From Candidatus Entotheonellaceae bacterium (GTDB lineage Bacteria; Tectomicrobia; Entotheonellia; Entotheonellales; Entotheonellaceae), in contig OZ250173.1 in the NCBI GenBank assembly GCA_965238075.1, positions 896,001 through 960,000 of the forward strand: a DNA stretch of 64,000 nucleotides, in the 5' to 3' direction. The notes below the pieces were generated by a model. That model saw only the letters and a list, made by a program, of their open reading frames with translations. It had not been told where the DNA came from and did not search any database. This document shows, one piece after another, positions 1 to 9,611 of this stretch. Numbering within the stretch: position 1 is the first letter of the stretch; every line of letters begins with the position of its first letter. A program made the position numbers and the translations under genes.

Positions 1-73
1 AACTCGGCTTGTACGTGATGCATTCCGAACCACGGCCGGCGATTGGAAATAGCCGCCGTCCGTTGTCTGTGGC

Positions 74-868
74 ATGTTAATGAACAGTTTGTTTTTCCAT
101 GTCGTCCTCCTCGCATACCTGTTGGCCTCGCTCACCTTCTGGTTTCATCTCGGCCTCCGCCGGCGCTGGATATACCAGCTCGCCAGCGGGCTGCTGGCGG
201 GGGGCTTCGTCCTGCAAACCCTCTTGTTGGGCTACCGTTTGTGGACGCAGACGTTCCTTTCCTGGGATCACGTTTACGCCTACTTGGGGCTGCTGTCCTG
301 GGCGATTATCGCCGTTTACCTGATCACCGTATGGCGCTATCCCATTGATGCGCTGGGCGCTTTCATTGTCCCGTTGGCGTTCCTCGCCGCAGCGGTGTCG
401 GGGGTGCCCGAAATCATACCTACAACCTTGCCCACGGCATTCCGCAACCTGTGGTTGGGCATTCATATCTTTATGGCCCTGCTCGGCTATGCGGCGCTGA
501 CGCTGATGTTTTGCGCCGGCGTGATGTATCTCATGCAGGAAAATCAACTGAAGTCGAAACGCCCCGGCGCCCTGTACTACCGCCTGCCGTCGCTTTCACT
601 GCTGGACGACTTGAACGGGCGGGCGCTGATTCTGGGCTTTCCGCTGCTGACCCAGGGCATTGTCACCGGCTCGGTGTGGGCCAAATATCTGCACGGCTCC
701 TATCTGCACTGGAGCCTCACGTCGCTGCCCCTGCTGCTCGCCTGGCTGATGTACGCGCTGTTGCTGGCAGGTCGTTTCGCGCTGGGATGGCGGGGCAAGA
801 AAGCCGCGTTTGCCGCGGTGGGGGGATTTGTCGTGGTGCTCGTCTCCTATTTCGTTCACGCCTTGTGA
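74..868 (+). CDS. ccsA: Cytochrome c biogenesis protein CcsA/HemX-like membrane protein
   Basis: Multi-TM protein with WLGIH, YLMQE..LKSK and GSVWA motifs; directly upstream of hemA. Confidence 0.8.
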   Translation: MLMNSLFFHVVLLAYLLASLTFWFHLGLRRRWIYQLASGLLAGGFVLQTLLLGYRLWTQTFLSWDHVYAYLGLLSWAIIAVYLITVWRYPIDALGAFIVPLAFLAAAVSGVPEIIPTTLPTAFRNLWLGIHIFMALLGYAALTLMFCAGVMYLMQENQLKSKRPGALYYRLPSLSLLDDLNGRALILGFPLLTQGIVTGSVWAKYLHGSYLHWSLTSLPLLLAWLMYALLLAGRFALGWRGKKAAFAAVGGFVVVLVSYFVHAL

Positions 869-897
869 AAAGAGACGGCTGAGGAGGGTTGCGAAGC

Positions 898-2166
898 ATG
901 GCGATTGCCTTGGTTGGGCTCAATCACACGACGGCGCCGGTGGCCGTTCGGGAACGCCTGGCGTTTTCCGACGCCGCGCTCGCCGACGCCCTGACGACGT
1001 TCCGGACGCCGGAGGTCGAGGAGCTGGTGATCCTGTCCACCTGCAATCGGGTCGAGTTTTACATGCAGGGCCGCGACGTGGCGGCTTGCAACTCGGGGTG
1101 CGAGAGTTTCCTGGCCGCCTATCACGCCTTGGCCCGAGAAGACTTCGCTCCCTGCCTCTATTATCTGAGCGAGTTGGAGGCGGTGCGCCATTTGTTTCGC
1201 GTCGCCGCCAGCCTGGATTCCATGGTCCTGGGCGAGCCGCAAATCCTCGGCCAGGTGAAATCCGCCTACTACGCCGCCCGCGATGCCGGCAGAACCGGCA
1301 CCATCTTCCACCATCTCTTTGAACGCACCTTCAATGTCGCCAAGGCCGCCCGTAGCGAAACGGGTATCAGCGACCACGCCGTGTCCGTCAGCTACGCCGC
1401 GGTGCAATTGGCGAAGAAAATCTTCGAGGATCTGCGTCGCCACACGGTTATGATTCTTGGCGCCGGCGAAACCTCGGAGTTGGCCGCGCGCCACTTCGTC
1501 CGGCAGGGGGTGGGTGAGGTCTTCGTGGCGAACCGCACGACGGCGCGCGCCGAAAAGCTGGCGCAGAGCCTCTCCGCCAAGGCTATCCCCTGGGACGAGT
1601 TTCCCGAACACCTGGCGCAAACCGATATTGTCGTCAGCTCGACCAGCGCCCCGAACCTCGTCATCACGCCCGGCATGGTGCAGGAAGCCATGCGGACGCG
1701 GCGCGGGCGCTCCATGTTTTTCATCGACATTGCCGTGCCGCGCGATATCGACCCGGCAGTCAACGCGCTGGAAAACGTTTTCCTCTACGACATCGACGGC
1801 CTGGAAAACGTCGTGGCGGCCAATCGCCGCGAACGCCAGCAGGAAGCGCTGGCGGCTGAGGATATGATCTGGCAGGAAGTGCGCCACTTCCGACAATGGC
1901 TCGCCACCCGCGACGTGGTGCCGACCATCGTGGCGCTGCGGCAACAAGCGGAAGCAACGCGGCTGCGCGAACTTGACAAAGCCCTCGCCAAGCTGGGACC
2001 GCATGACGAGCGGCAGCGTCGTGTCATCGAGGCCCTGACGGTGGCGATTACCAACAAATTCCTGCACGCCCCGACGGTGCACCTGAAGCGCTGCGCCAGC
2101 GCCGGGCAGGCGCAGAACGAAGCGCAACTCCTCCGTGATCTCTTCGATCTGGACCCCTCGCCGTGA
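898..2166 (+). CDS. hemA: Glutamyl-tRNA reductase
   Basis: GLNHTTAPVAVRE, LSTCNRVE, LDSMVLGEPQILGQVK, GAGE and DIAVPRDID motifs; RBS GAGGAGG at 881-887 before ATG 898. Confidence 0.97.
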   Translation: MAIALVGLNHTTAPVAVRERLAFSDAALADALTTFRTPEVEELVILSTCNRVEFYMQGRDVAACNSGCESFLAAYHALAREDFAPCLYYLSELEAVRHLFRVAASLDSMVLGEPQILGQVKSAYYAARDAGRTGTIFHHLFERTFNVAKAARSETGISDHAVSVSYAAVQLAKKIFEDLRRHTVMILGAGETSELAARHFVRQGVGEVFVANRTTARAEKLAQSLSAKAIPWDEFPEHLAQTDIVVSSTSAPNLVITPGMVQEAMRTRRGRSMFFIDIAVPRDIDPAVNALENVFLYDIDGLENVVAANRRERQQEALAAEDMIWQEVRHFRQWLATRDVVPTIVALRQQAEATRLRELDKALAKLGPHDERQRRVIEALTVAITNKFLHAPTVHLKRCASAGQAQNEAQLLRDLFDLDPSP

Positions 2167-3086
2167 CACCCCCAAAGGCCCACGTTCGTATCGGAACCCG
2201 CGGCAGTCCGCTGGCCCTCTGGCAAGCGCGCTGGGTGGCAACGGCCCTGCAACACCACCACGCCGGATTGCGTACTGAAATCGTCGTCATTAAAACAGCG
2301 GGCGATCGCAACCGCCACGACCCGTTGCCGCAGATCGGCGGCAAGGGACTGTTCGTCAAGGATATCGAAGAGGCGCTCCTGCGTGGGGAGATCGAGGTGG
2401 CGGTGCACAGTATGAAGGACATGCCAACGGACCTGCCGGAGGGGCTGCACGTCGGTGCCGTGCCGCCGCGCGCCGAGGTGCGGGACGCGTTCGTCAGCAA
2501 GGACGGCCGGCGGCTGACACAATTCGACGGGCCGTGGCGTATCGGCACCGGCAGCCTGCGTCGGCAGGCCCAGTTGCTGGCCTTCTCCGAGGCGCTACAG
2601 GTCTGCGACCTGCGCGGCAATGTTGACACCCGGCTGCGCAAACTGCGCCAGGGCGACGTCGACGGCGTGGTGCTGGCAGCGGCGGGCCTGAGCCGCCTGG
2701 GTTTGGCGTCGGAAATCACCGAATTGCTGCCCATTGACGTGATGCTGCCAGCCGCGGGGCAGGGCGCTCTGGCGCTGGAAACGGTTGCCGGGCATTGGGT
2801 GGACGACCTGTTGGCGCCGTTGAACGATACCGCCACGGCCAGCACCGTTGCCGCCGAGCGCGCCGTGCTCCGGCATCTGGGCGGCGGCTGCAGCGTGCCC
2901 ATTGCCGTGCTCGGCCAGTGCCAGGATGAGCACCTGCACGTGCAAGCCCTGGTCAGCAGCCCCGACGGTAGGCGCGCGCTGCGCCGGGAGATCACCGGCC
3001 CGCTCGACCAAGCCGTACCGCTCGGCGAACGCTTGGCCGCGCAGTTGCACGCCGACGGCGCCGGTGACATTCTGCAAGCGCTTTAG
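2163..3086 (+). CDS. hemC: Hydroxymethylbilane synthase
   Basis: IGTRGSPLALWQA, GGKGLFVK, AVHSMKDMP, GTGSLRR, LRGNVDTRL and LGGGCSVP motifs; GTGA overlap with hemA. Confidence 0.97.
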   Translation: MTPPKAHVRIGTRGSPLALWQARWVATALQHHHAGLRTEIVVIKTAGDRNRHDPLPQIGGKGLFVKDIEEALLRGEIEVAVHSMKDMPTDLPEGLHVGAVPPRAEVRDAFVSKDGRRLTQFDGPWRIGTGSLRRQAQLLAFSEALQVCDLRGNVDTRLRKLRQGDVDGVVLAAAGLSRLGLASEITELLPIDVMLPAAGQGALALETVAGHWVDDLLAPLNDTATASTVAAERAVLRHLGGGCSVPIAVLGQCQDEHLHVQALVSSPDGRRALRREITGPLDQAVPLGERLAAQLHADGAGDILQAL

Positions 3087-3188
3087 CCGAGAACCCTTAC
3101 GGTTTCTCCCTGAACACTCATTTAAATGTAGACATGCTCGCCAGCCTCCAAATGAACCCCTAGCGGCGCAGTGAAGCCCAGGACACAC

Positions 3189-6100
3189 ATGATGGAATTC
3201 GTTGATCTCCAACGGCAATTTCACGACGTGCCAAGAGACGCTGAACTCGAAGAGACGGAGCACCTTGTCTCATTAAGTGAACATGAATCCGGCCCGAGTT
3301 TCGGCTGGTCCAAGTTGTTGGAGTCTATGCGGGTGGTCCTTCTCGCCGAGGCGGGTAGCGGGAAAACCAAGGAGATGGAAGAACAGGCGAAACGCCTCGC
3401 TCAAGAGGGACGGTTCGCGTTTTTCGTGGCGTTGGATGACCTGGAACGAGAGCGTGTGGTCCACATCCTCTCGCCGGACGAGGAGGAGAGCTTCAAACGG
3501 TGGAGAGCGAATGGCCAAGAAACGGCTTGGTTTTTCCTCGACGCGGTGGATGAGTTGAAGCTTACCGGAGGAAAGCTCGGCCGCGCGCTTAATCGACTCT
3601 CAAAAGACCTGAATGGTCTCCTCGATCGTGCCCGAGTAATCATCTCCTGTCGTCCCAGTGACTGGCGCCCCATCGTGGACTTGGACACGGTCCAGAATGC
3701 ACTGCCGGTGCCGCAGAGAAGCGGCCACGCTTCCCTTCAACCATCCGAGGAAATGTTCATCCAGGCGCTCAGGAAAGACTTCGGCCACACGAGCCCTTAT
3801 CGCGACGAAGGCGAAGACTCCGCGGATCGCGAAGGCGTACGAATCGTAAGAATGCTTCCGATGAACCGTACGCAGATCAGGCTCTTCGCGGAACAATCCG
3901 GCGTGAACGACGCGGCGGGCTTTCTCAATGAAATCGACCGAGAGAATGCCGGGACCTTCGCCCAACGGCCCTTGGACTTGAGCGATCTGATCACGGCGTG
4001 GATAAACTCGAGTTGCCTCGGCACTCGGGCACAGCAGCACGAGGCAAACGTCGCGGCCAAGCTGAAGGATGGCCCTGATCGACCCGACAGCGGCGTTCTC
4101 CCCGACGCCAAGGCTCAGCTTGGGGCAGAACGCCTTGCGCTTGCCTTGGCCCTCACCCGCACACGGACCATCCGATCCCCCGAACAGGCGCCGGACATCC
4201 GATCGGCGAAAGGCATTCTTGATGCTGCAGACATCCTTACCGACTGGACGGAAGCGGAACGTCAGGCGCTGCTTCGACGCGCTCTTTTCGATCCCGCGAC
4301 CTACGGGCGCGTTCGCTTCCATCACCGTTCCGTTCAGGAGTATCTCGCTGCTCGACGCCTGCGTGCCCTGCGCGAAGACGGTATGTCCACAAAGGCATTG
4401 TTCCGTCTGTTGTTCGCGGAACGCTACGGCGTCAAGGTGGTGCTACCCTCGATGCGCGCGATCACTGCATGGCTCGCTCTCTGGGATGATGCCGTACGCA
4501 AAGAACTGATCGAGCGCGAGCCGGAAACGCTGATCTCTTTTGGCGATCCGGGGACACTCGACCTTGCCACGCGAAGCGACCTCCTGCGAGCGTTTGTTGG
4601 CAGGTACGGCCAGGGAGATTGGCGCGGCCTGGATTTCACAATCGACAACGTCCTCAGGCTGTCACACCCGGAACTCGCACCGGTAATACGAGAATGTTGG
4701 GGAGACGAGCCGGCGAACCACGATGTTCGTGGCTTGCTGCTTCAATTGATTTGGCAGGGATCGATCAGGGATTGTGCGGATTTGGCTGATGTTGCTGCCC
4801 GCAAAACGGATTGGGACCCCGCCCATCGGATTGCCGCGGTCCGAGCCCTTCTGGCCTGCGGATGCGACGACAGCGTTCGCGAGCTAGCGAACGAGATGCT
4901 GGCCTATCCGGAGTCCTGGCCCGCTGAAATCGTGTACGGCGTCGCGTCGGATCTGTTTCCGGACATCATCACGGTCAAAGAGTTGGCCACGCTGATTGAG
5001 GAGTGGCCCCGCGAATCAGACCAAGTGGCTCGGGACTTTGATTGGGCATTGCGGCAGATCGTCCAGACTATCGAGCCTGGGTCGGCGCAGGCCGTCGACC
5101 TGCGGGGAAAATTGGTAGACCTCATCTGGCACGGACGCGAGGAAACACAGGGACTATACGATATCCGAAGCGAGTTTGAACACCTTGCGCCGGAACTCGC
5201 AAGGTTGTGCGAACGGCAGTTGCCCGAGGTTTCACGCAGCCCTTCCGACGAATTGATCCGCGCCTGCGTCATCGCCTGCCGATTTGGTGGCAAGGAATCG
5301 GGCAGGCAGGAGCCGGTTGGCAGGCTTAGGACGCACTTCGACACGAACTCAAACTGGCGAAACGATGCCTTTTGGGCTGAGTTGGCATTCATGGACAAGG
5401 TCGTCCCGTCTGACGACGACCGGTTACGACTCCATCATGTGGAGATGGATGGCCTTGTAGGTGCCCTCGTGGATGCAGACCGGCCCTGGCTCGAAACAGC
5501 CCTCGAAGACGAGAGCCGCCCGGAACGACAAGTCGTTGCCCTTCATGCCCTCTTGCGGGGCTGGCTTCGACGAGCGGGAGCTGCGTCGGAACTTGATCGT
5601 CTTCGTGCGAAGTTTAAGGACGCCACGTCCTTCGGACGGGTCTTGGCGGAATGGACAGCGTGGCGCGAGCAGGACGAAAAAGTCAAAAGGATGGAACAAA
5701 AGGCGCGGGTTGCAGCCGGTGCTCGGGACGACCGTGAAGCGCAGCGCCTGGAAGATTGGAAGAAGTGGCGTAAGGAAATGCTTGTCGATCCTGCTGACGC
5801 CTTCTCGGCGGAAAAGTTGAAAAGCACGATACACAACCTATACCAGTGGCTCCGTGCAGCCAGACCAAACCAGAGTCGTTACGGCTTGTGGGACAAGGAC
5901 GCGCTGGTACAGGCATTTGGGTTGGAAGTCGTCAACCTCGCCGAGACAGCGTTCCAAGAATTCTGGCGTACTACTCTGCCAATCCTGTGGTCCGCGCGGC
6001 CGGTCAACGAGAGCGGCAGTACGCCCCATGACTGGATTTACGGACTTCAGGGGCTCCTCGCAGAGGCTTCAAAGCCAGGCTGGACGGCTGCCTTGTCCCC

Positions 6101-7628
6101 TGCCGAGGCCCGCACGGCAACGGCTTACGCCACCATCGAATGGAACGGCTTCTCGCCCTTCATCTCGGATTTGGCGGAATTCCATCCCCAGGAAGTGGAG
6201 GCGGTGATTGGCGGCGAAGTGAGTGCGGAACTGAGGGTCGGGGGTTCTCACAGTCAGCTGTCAACCCTCCAGAATCTCGTGTATGCGGACAGTAACCTCA
6301 AACGACTTGTCATCCCTCGTCTGATAACTGAACTGGAATCGTGGCCCGAGCCCTGCACGGAGGATTCGGGGCCGAACCTGGCGCACCATCTCGATCACGT
6401 ACTACGCATTCTGCGCAACGCAAATGATGGGGCGGACCGGGGAGCAATCGCGCAGATGTGTGCCCATCGGTACGAAGCCGATCCAACCGGCCCACTGGCA
6501 CTAAATTGGCTCAGGGGGTTGTTCCAGTTTGATGCGGTACGGGGGACGCAGGCTTTGATCGGACAATTCGCGGACGGCAATGACCCCGGCACTCGCAAAC
6601 GCGCGGTCGAGACACTCGCCGCACTGTTTGGTGGGCGCGACCCCATTGGTTTCGAGATCACGGATACGGGTCAACGCGCTCGTCTCCTTGGTCAACTTGT
6701 CCGGTATGCCTACGCGTTCATCCGACCAGAGGAAGATGAGATTCACGAAGTGGTGTATACACCGAACGCACGGGATAACGCTGAAACGGCTCGGAACTCC
6801 CTGCTCTCCTGGTTACTCGACACGCCTGGAGCCGAGGCCCGCCGTATCGTCCTGGAACTCGCTGAGGAGCAGGATTTCGCGCACTGCAAGGATCGGCTGC
6901 GGCTACTGGCTCGGCAACGAGCGGCCACTGACGCTGAGTTTCCACCGTTTGATGCCAAGGACGTAACTGACCTTGAAGATCGTTACGAGGCTCCTCCGAA
7001 AGACAGGGATGGCCTGTTTGCCGTTATGATGGATCGGCTGGACGACCTCCAACATGACTTCGCCCACAACGATTTCTCAGATCGGCGAACGGTTCAGAGA
7101 ATCGACGCGGAATCGGAGATGCAACGCACGCTTGCCCGGCGAATCAAGGAGAAAGCGAACGGTGCCTACTTGGTAACGCGGGAAGAAGAGGTAGCCGATG
7201 GGAAGCGTACCGACATTCGGCTCTCGACTACCAAGGGTGACCAGAAAGCCGTAATTGAAGTGAAGATCGCGGACAAGGGCTGGACATTGACCAATTTTGT
7301 ACAAGCCCTCCGGGACCAATTGGTAGGGAAGTATTTACGACATGCGAACTGCAAGGCCGGTTGCCTGTTACTGACTTATCACGGAAAAAAGAAGCACTGG
7401 GAACACCCTGAAACCAAAGAACGAATCAAGTTTCCAGAACTCGTTACAATTCTGAAAGACAAAGCGCAGGCTCTTGAGGCGGAAACCCAATATGATGTTC
7501 GCATTGCAGTGTTTGGCCTCGACCTAACCGACCCAACGCCCAATAATCCTGGCTTTGAAGAAAGGATGGCCAAAGCCGAAGACGTCATCGGCCGCTATCG
7601 CAATACGCTGCACGTTTTGGCCAAGTGA
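3189..7628 (+). CDS. Large STAND/NACHT-like ATPase with C-terminal PD-(D/E)xK nuclease domain and antitoxin-like tail (putative anti-phage protein)
   Basis: Walker A AEAGSGKT, Walker B WFFLDAVDE, sensor IISCRP, winged-helix motif RFHHRSVQEYLAA, long helical middle region, C-terminal REEE..KRTDIRL..IEVKIAD; start may be GTG 3171 or ATG 3189/3192. Confidence 0.8.
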   Translation: MMEFVDLQRQFHDVPRDAELEETEHLVSLSEHESGPSFGWSKLLESMRVVLLAEAGSGKTKEMEEQAKRLAQEGRFAFFVALDDLERERVVHILSPDEEESFKRWRANGQETAWFFLDAVDELKLTGGKLGRALNRLSKDLNGLLDRARVIISCRPSDWRPIVDLDTVQNALPVPQRSGHASLQPSEEMFIQALRKDFGHTSPYRDEGEDSADREGVRIVRMLPMNRTQIRLFAEQSGVNDAAGFLNEIDRENAGTFAQRPLDLSDLITAWINSSCLGTRAQQHEANVAAKLKDGPDRPDSGVLPDAKAQLGAERLALALALTRTRTIRSPEQAPDIRSAKGILDAADILTDWTEAERQALLRRALFDPATYGRVRFHHRSVQEYLAARRLRALREDGMSTKALFRLLFAERYGVKVVLPSMRAITAWLALWDDAVRKELIEREPETLISFGDPGTLDLATRSDLLRAFVGRYGQGDWRGLDFTIDNVLRLSHPELAPVIRECWGDEPANHDVRGLLLQLIWQGSIRDCADLADVAARKTDWDPAHRIAAVRALLACGCDDSVRELANEMLAYPESWPAEIVYGVASDLFPDIITVKELATLIEEWPRESDQVARDFDWALRQIVQTIEPGSAQAVDLRGKLVDLIWHGREETQGLYDIRSEFEHLAPELARLCERQLPEVSRSPSDELIRACVIACRFGGKESGRQEPVGRLRTHFDTNSNWRNDAFWAELAFMDKVVPSDDDRLRLHHVEMDGLVGALVDADRPWLETALEDESRPERQVVALHALLRGWLRRAGAASELDRLRAKFKDATSFGRVLAEWTAWREQDEKVKRMEQKARVAAGARDDREAQRLEDWKKWRKEMLVDPADAFSAEKLKSTIHNLYQWLRAARPNQSRYGLWDKDALVQAFGLEVVNLAETAFQEFWRTTLPILWSARPVNESGSTPHDWIYGLQGLLAEASKPGWTAALSPAEARTATAYATIEWNGFSPFISDLAEFHPQEVEAVIGGEVSAELRVGGSHSQLSTLQNLVYADSNLKRLVIPRLITELESWPEPCTEDSGPNLAHHLDHVLRILRNANDGADRGAIAQMCAHRYEADPTGPLALNWLRGLFQFDAVRGTQALIGQFADGNDPGTRKRAVETLAALFGGRDPIGFEITDTGQRARLLGQLVRYAYAFIRPEEDEIHEVVYTPNARDNAETARNSLLSWLLDTPGAEARRIVLELAEEQDFAHCKDRLRLLARQRAATDAEFPPFDAKDVTDLEDRYEAPPKDRDGLFAVMMDRLDDLQHDFAHNDFSDRRTVQRIDAESEMQRTLARRIKEKANGAYLVTREEEVADGKRTDIRLSTTKGDQKAVIEVKIADKGWTLTNFVQALRDQLVGKYLRHANCKAGCLLLTYHGKKKHWEHPETKERIKFPELVTILKDKAQALEAETQYDVRIAVFGLDLTDPTPNNPGFEERMAKAEDVIGRYRNTLHVLAK

Positions 7629-8014
7629 CGGAACCGGTTTGGATTGAAACGCGGGACGTGCTGGAACTGCACGACCGCCTTCTTGCGTTGGACGGTGGCG
7701 CAACAGGGTTACGTGACAACGGCTTGCTACAATCCGCTCTGGCGCGGCCACGGCAACTTTACGCCTACGCGGATAATCCCAATCTCATCGACATGGCGGC
7801 GGCATACACGGCTGGTATCCTCCGCAATCATCCATTCTTCGATGGTAACAAGCGCACAGGATTCGTGGTCGGTATTCTGTTTCTCGAGTTGAATGGTTAT
7901 AACTTCATTGCTACGGAGGAGGCCGCGACTCAGGCTGTTATAGAACTGGCCGCCGGCACATTCGACGAAGCGGGTTACAGCGCGTTCCTTCGCGCAAATT
8001 CAGAGGCGAAATAG
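7625..8014 (+). CDS. doc: Doc-type (Fic/Doc family) toxin
   Basis: 129 aa; H..LL..DGGATGLRD.GLL.SALARP and catalytic loop HPFFDGNKRTG (Doc-type NK); GTGA overlap with upstream stop. Confidence 0.92.
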   Translation: MTEPVWIETRDVLELHDRLLALDGGATGLRDNGLLQSALARPRQLYAYADNPNLIDMAAAYTAGILRNHPFFDGNKRTGFVVGILFLELNGYNFIATEEAATQAVIELAAGTFDEAGYSAFLRANSEAK

Positions 8015-8041
8015 GCAAGGTTCACAGCAAGGAGGCAGACC

Positions 8042-9025
8042 ATGCGTTTCCCAGCATACCGGGCGCGTCGGTTGCGTGAGCGGCAAGGGTGGCGCCGTTT
8101 GGTGCAAGAGACGACGTTGAGCCCGAGCGATTTCATCTACCCCATGTTCATCACGCCGGGCAGCCGAGTGCGCCAGGAGATTTCCTCGCTGCCCGGCCAG
8201 TATCACCTGTCCGCCGATATGGCTGTCGAGGAGGTCAAGGACGTCGCAGACCACGGCATTCCAGCGGTGCTGCTTTTCGGCCTGCCCGAGAGCAAGGACG
8301 CCGTTGGCAGGGAGGCGTACAGCGCCTCTGGCGCGGTGCAGCAGGCGATTCGGGCCATGAAGAAAGCCGTGCCCGACTTATTGGTGATCACCGATGTGTG
8401 CCTGTGCGAATACACCGACCACGGCCACTGCGGCGTCGTGGAAGGCGAGCACATCGCCAACGACGCAACCCTGGACCTGCTGTGCCGCACCGCGCTTTCG
8501 CACGTCGAAGCCGGCGCCGACATGGTGGCGCCGTCTGACATGATGGACGGCCGGGTACAGGCCATCCGCGCCAGCCTCGACGGCAAGGGCTACGCGCAAA
8601 TTCCCATCATGGCATACGCTGCCAAGTACGCCTCGACCTTCTACGGCCCCTTCCGGGAGGCCGTACAGTCGGCGCCGCAGTTCGGCGACCGGCGTTCCTA
8701 CCAGATGGCGCCGCCCAACGCCCGTGAGGCGTTGCGGGAAGTGCGGCTCGACATCGAAGAAGGCGCCGACATCGTCATGATCAAGCCGGCCCTACCCTAC
8801 CTCGACATCATTGCACGGGTTCGGCAGACAACGGACGTTCCCCTGGCGGCCTACAACGTCAGCGGCGAATACGCCATGATCAAAGCGGCGGCGGCGAACG
8901 GCTGGCTAGACGAGTCGCGCGCCATCCTCGAAGCCCTGACCAGTATCAAGCGCGCCGGGGCCGACATGATCCTCACCTATCACGCCAAGGAAGCGGTTCG
9001 TCTGCTCCCCACCCTGGACTGGTAA
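8042..9025 (+). CDS. hemB: Porphobilinogen synthase (ALAD), Zn-type
   Basis: DVCLCEYTDHGHCG, APSDMMDGRV, FYGPFREA, MIKPALPYLD and AYNVSGEYAM motifs; RBS GGAGG. Confidence 0.98.
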   Translation: MRFPAYRARRLRERQGWRRLVQETTLSPSDFIYPMFITPGSRVRQEISSLPGQYHLSADMAVEEVKDVADHGIPAVLLFGLPESKDAVGREAYSASGAVQQAIRAMKKAVPDLLVITDVCLCEYTDHGHCGVVEGEHIANDATLDLLCRTALSHVEAGADMVAPSDMMDGRVQAIRASLDGKGYAQIPIMAYAAKYASTFYGPFREAVQSAPQFGDRRSYQMAPPNAREALREVRLDIEEGADIVMIKPALPYLDIIARVRQTTDVPLAAYNVSGEYAMIKAAAANGWLDESRAILEALTSIKRAGADMILTYHAKEAVRLLPTLDW

Positions 9026-9050
9026 TCGCCGACCTGCGGGAAGAAAACGG

Positions 9051-9611
9051 ATGCGCATCGGGGGCGGAAACACCAAGGGGCACCGCCTGCAAACAGTCCC
9101 CGGACGACAGGTACGGCCCACCAGCGGGCGGGTCCGACAAGCCCTCTTCAACACGTTGCGGGAATGGATTCCCGGTTGTATCTTCGTAGACATGTTTGCC
9201 GGCACCGGGAGCGTGGGTCTGGAGGCTCTGAGCCAGGGCGCCGGGCACGTTTATTTCGTTGAGAGCAACCGTCGCGCCCTGCTGGCCCTACGCGCCAACG
9301 TCAGCCGTTGCGGTGTCGAGTCACAGGCAACCATCGTGGCAGCGGCACTGCCCCAGGCGGTGCGGAAGCTGCCGGCGACTCAGCAAGTAGACGTTCTCTT
9401 CCTCGACCCGCCTTACGCGTCGGATTTGGCAGAGGCGACGCTCAGCACCTTGGACGGTTACGGCCTCCTGGCACCCGATGGCCTGATCGTTTGGCAGCAC
9501 GCCGTGCCGCGTGAGCCGCTTGCTGTGCCGGGCTACAGACTTTGGCAAAACAAACGTTACGGCAATACGCAGCTTTCTTTCCTCACCCCAGCGAAAAAAG
9601 GATCCCCGTGA
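9051..9611 (+). CDS. rsmD: 16S rRNA m2G966 methyltransferase
   Basis: MRIGGG..KG, RPT..RVR.ALFN, DMFAGTGSVGLEALSQGA, FLDPPY and YGNT motifs. Confidence 0.92.
   Translation: MRIGGGNTKGHRLQTVPGRQVRPTSGRVRQALFNTLREWIPGCIFVDMFAGTGSVGLEALSQGAGHVYFVESNRRALLALRANVSRCGVESQATIVAAALPQAVRKLPATQQVDVLFLDPPYASDLAEATLSTLDGYGLLAPDGLIVWQHAVPREPLAVPGYRLWQNKRYGNTQLSFLTPAKKGSP

Noticed and set aside
856-2241. 461-aa minus-strand ORF, and similar long antisense ORFs over dnaE, ilvB, guaB, prpF and the CNNM gene
   Set aside because: Fully overlap well-supported genes on the opposite strand; explained by GC3 codon bias
7566-7628. Independent 20-aa antitoxin peptide starting at internal ATG 7566
   Set aside because: The purine-rich stretch (GAAAGG) abuts the ATG with no proper spacing; cannot be supported as a separate gene, though internal initiation is not excluded
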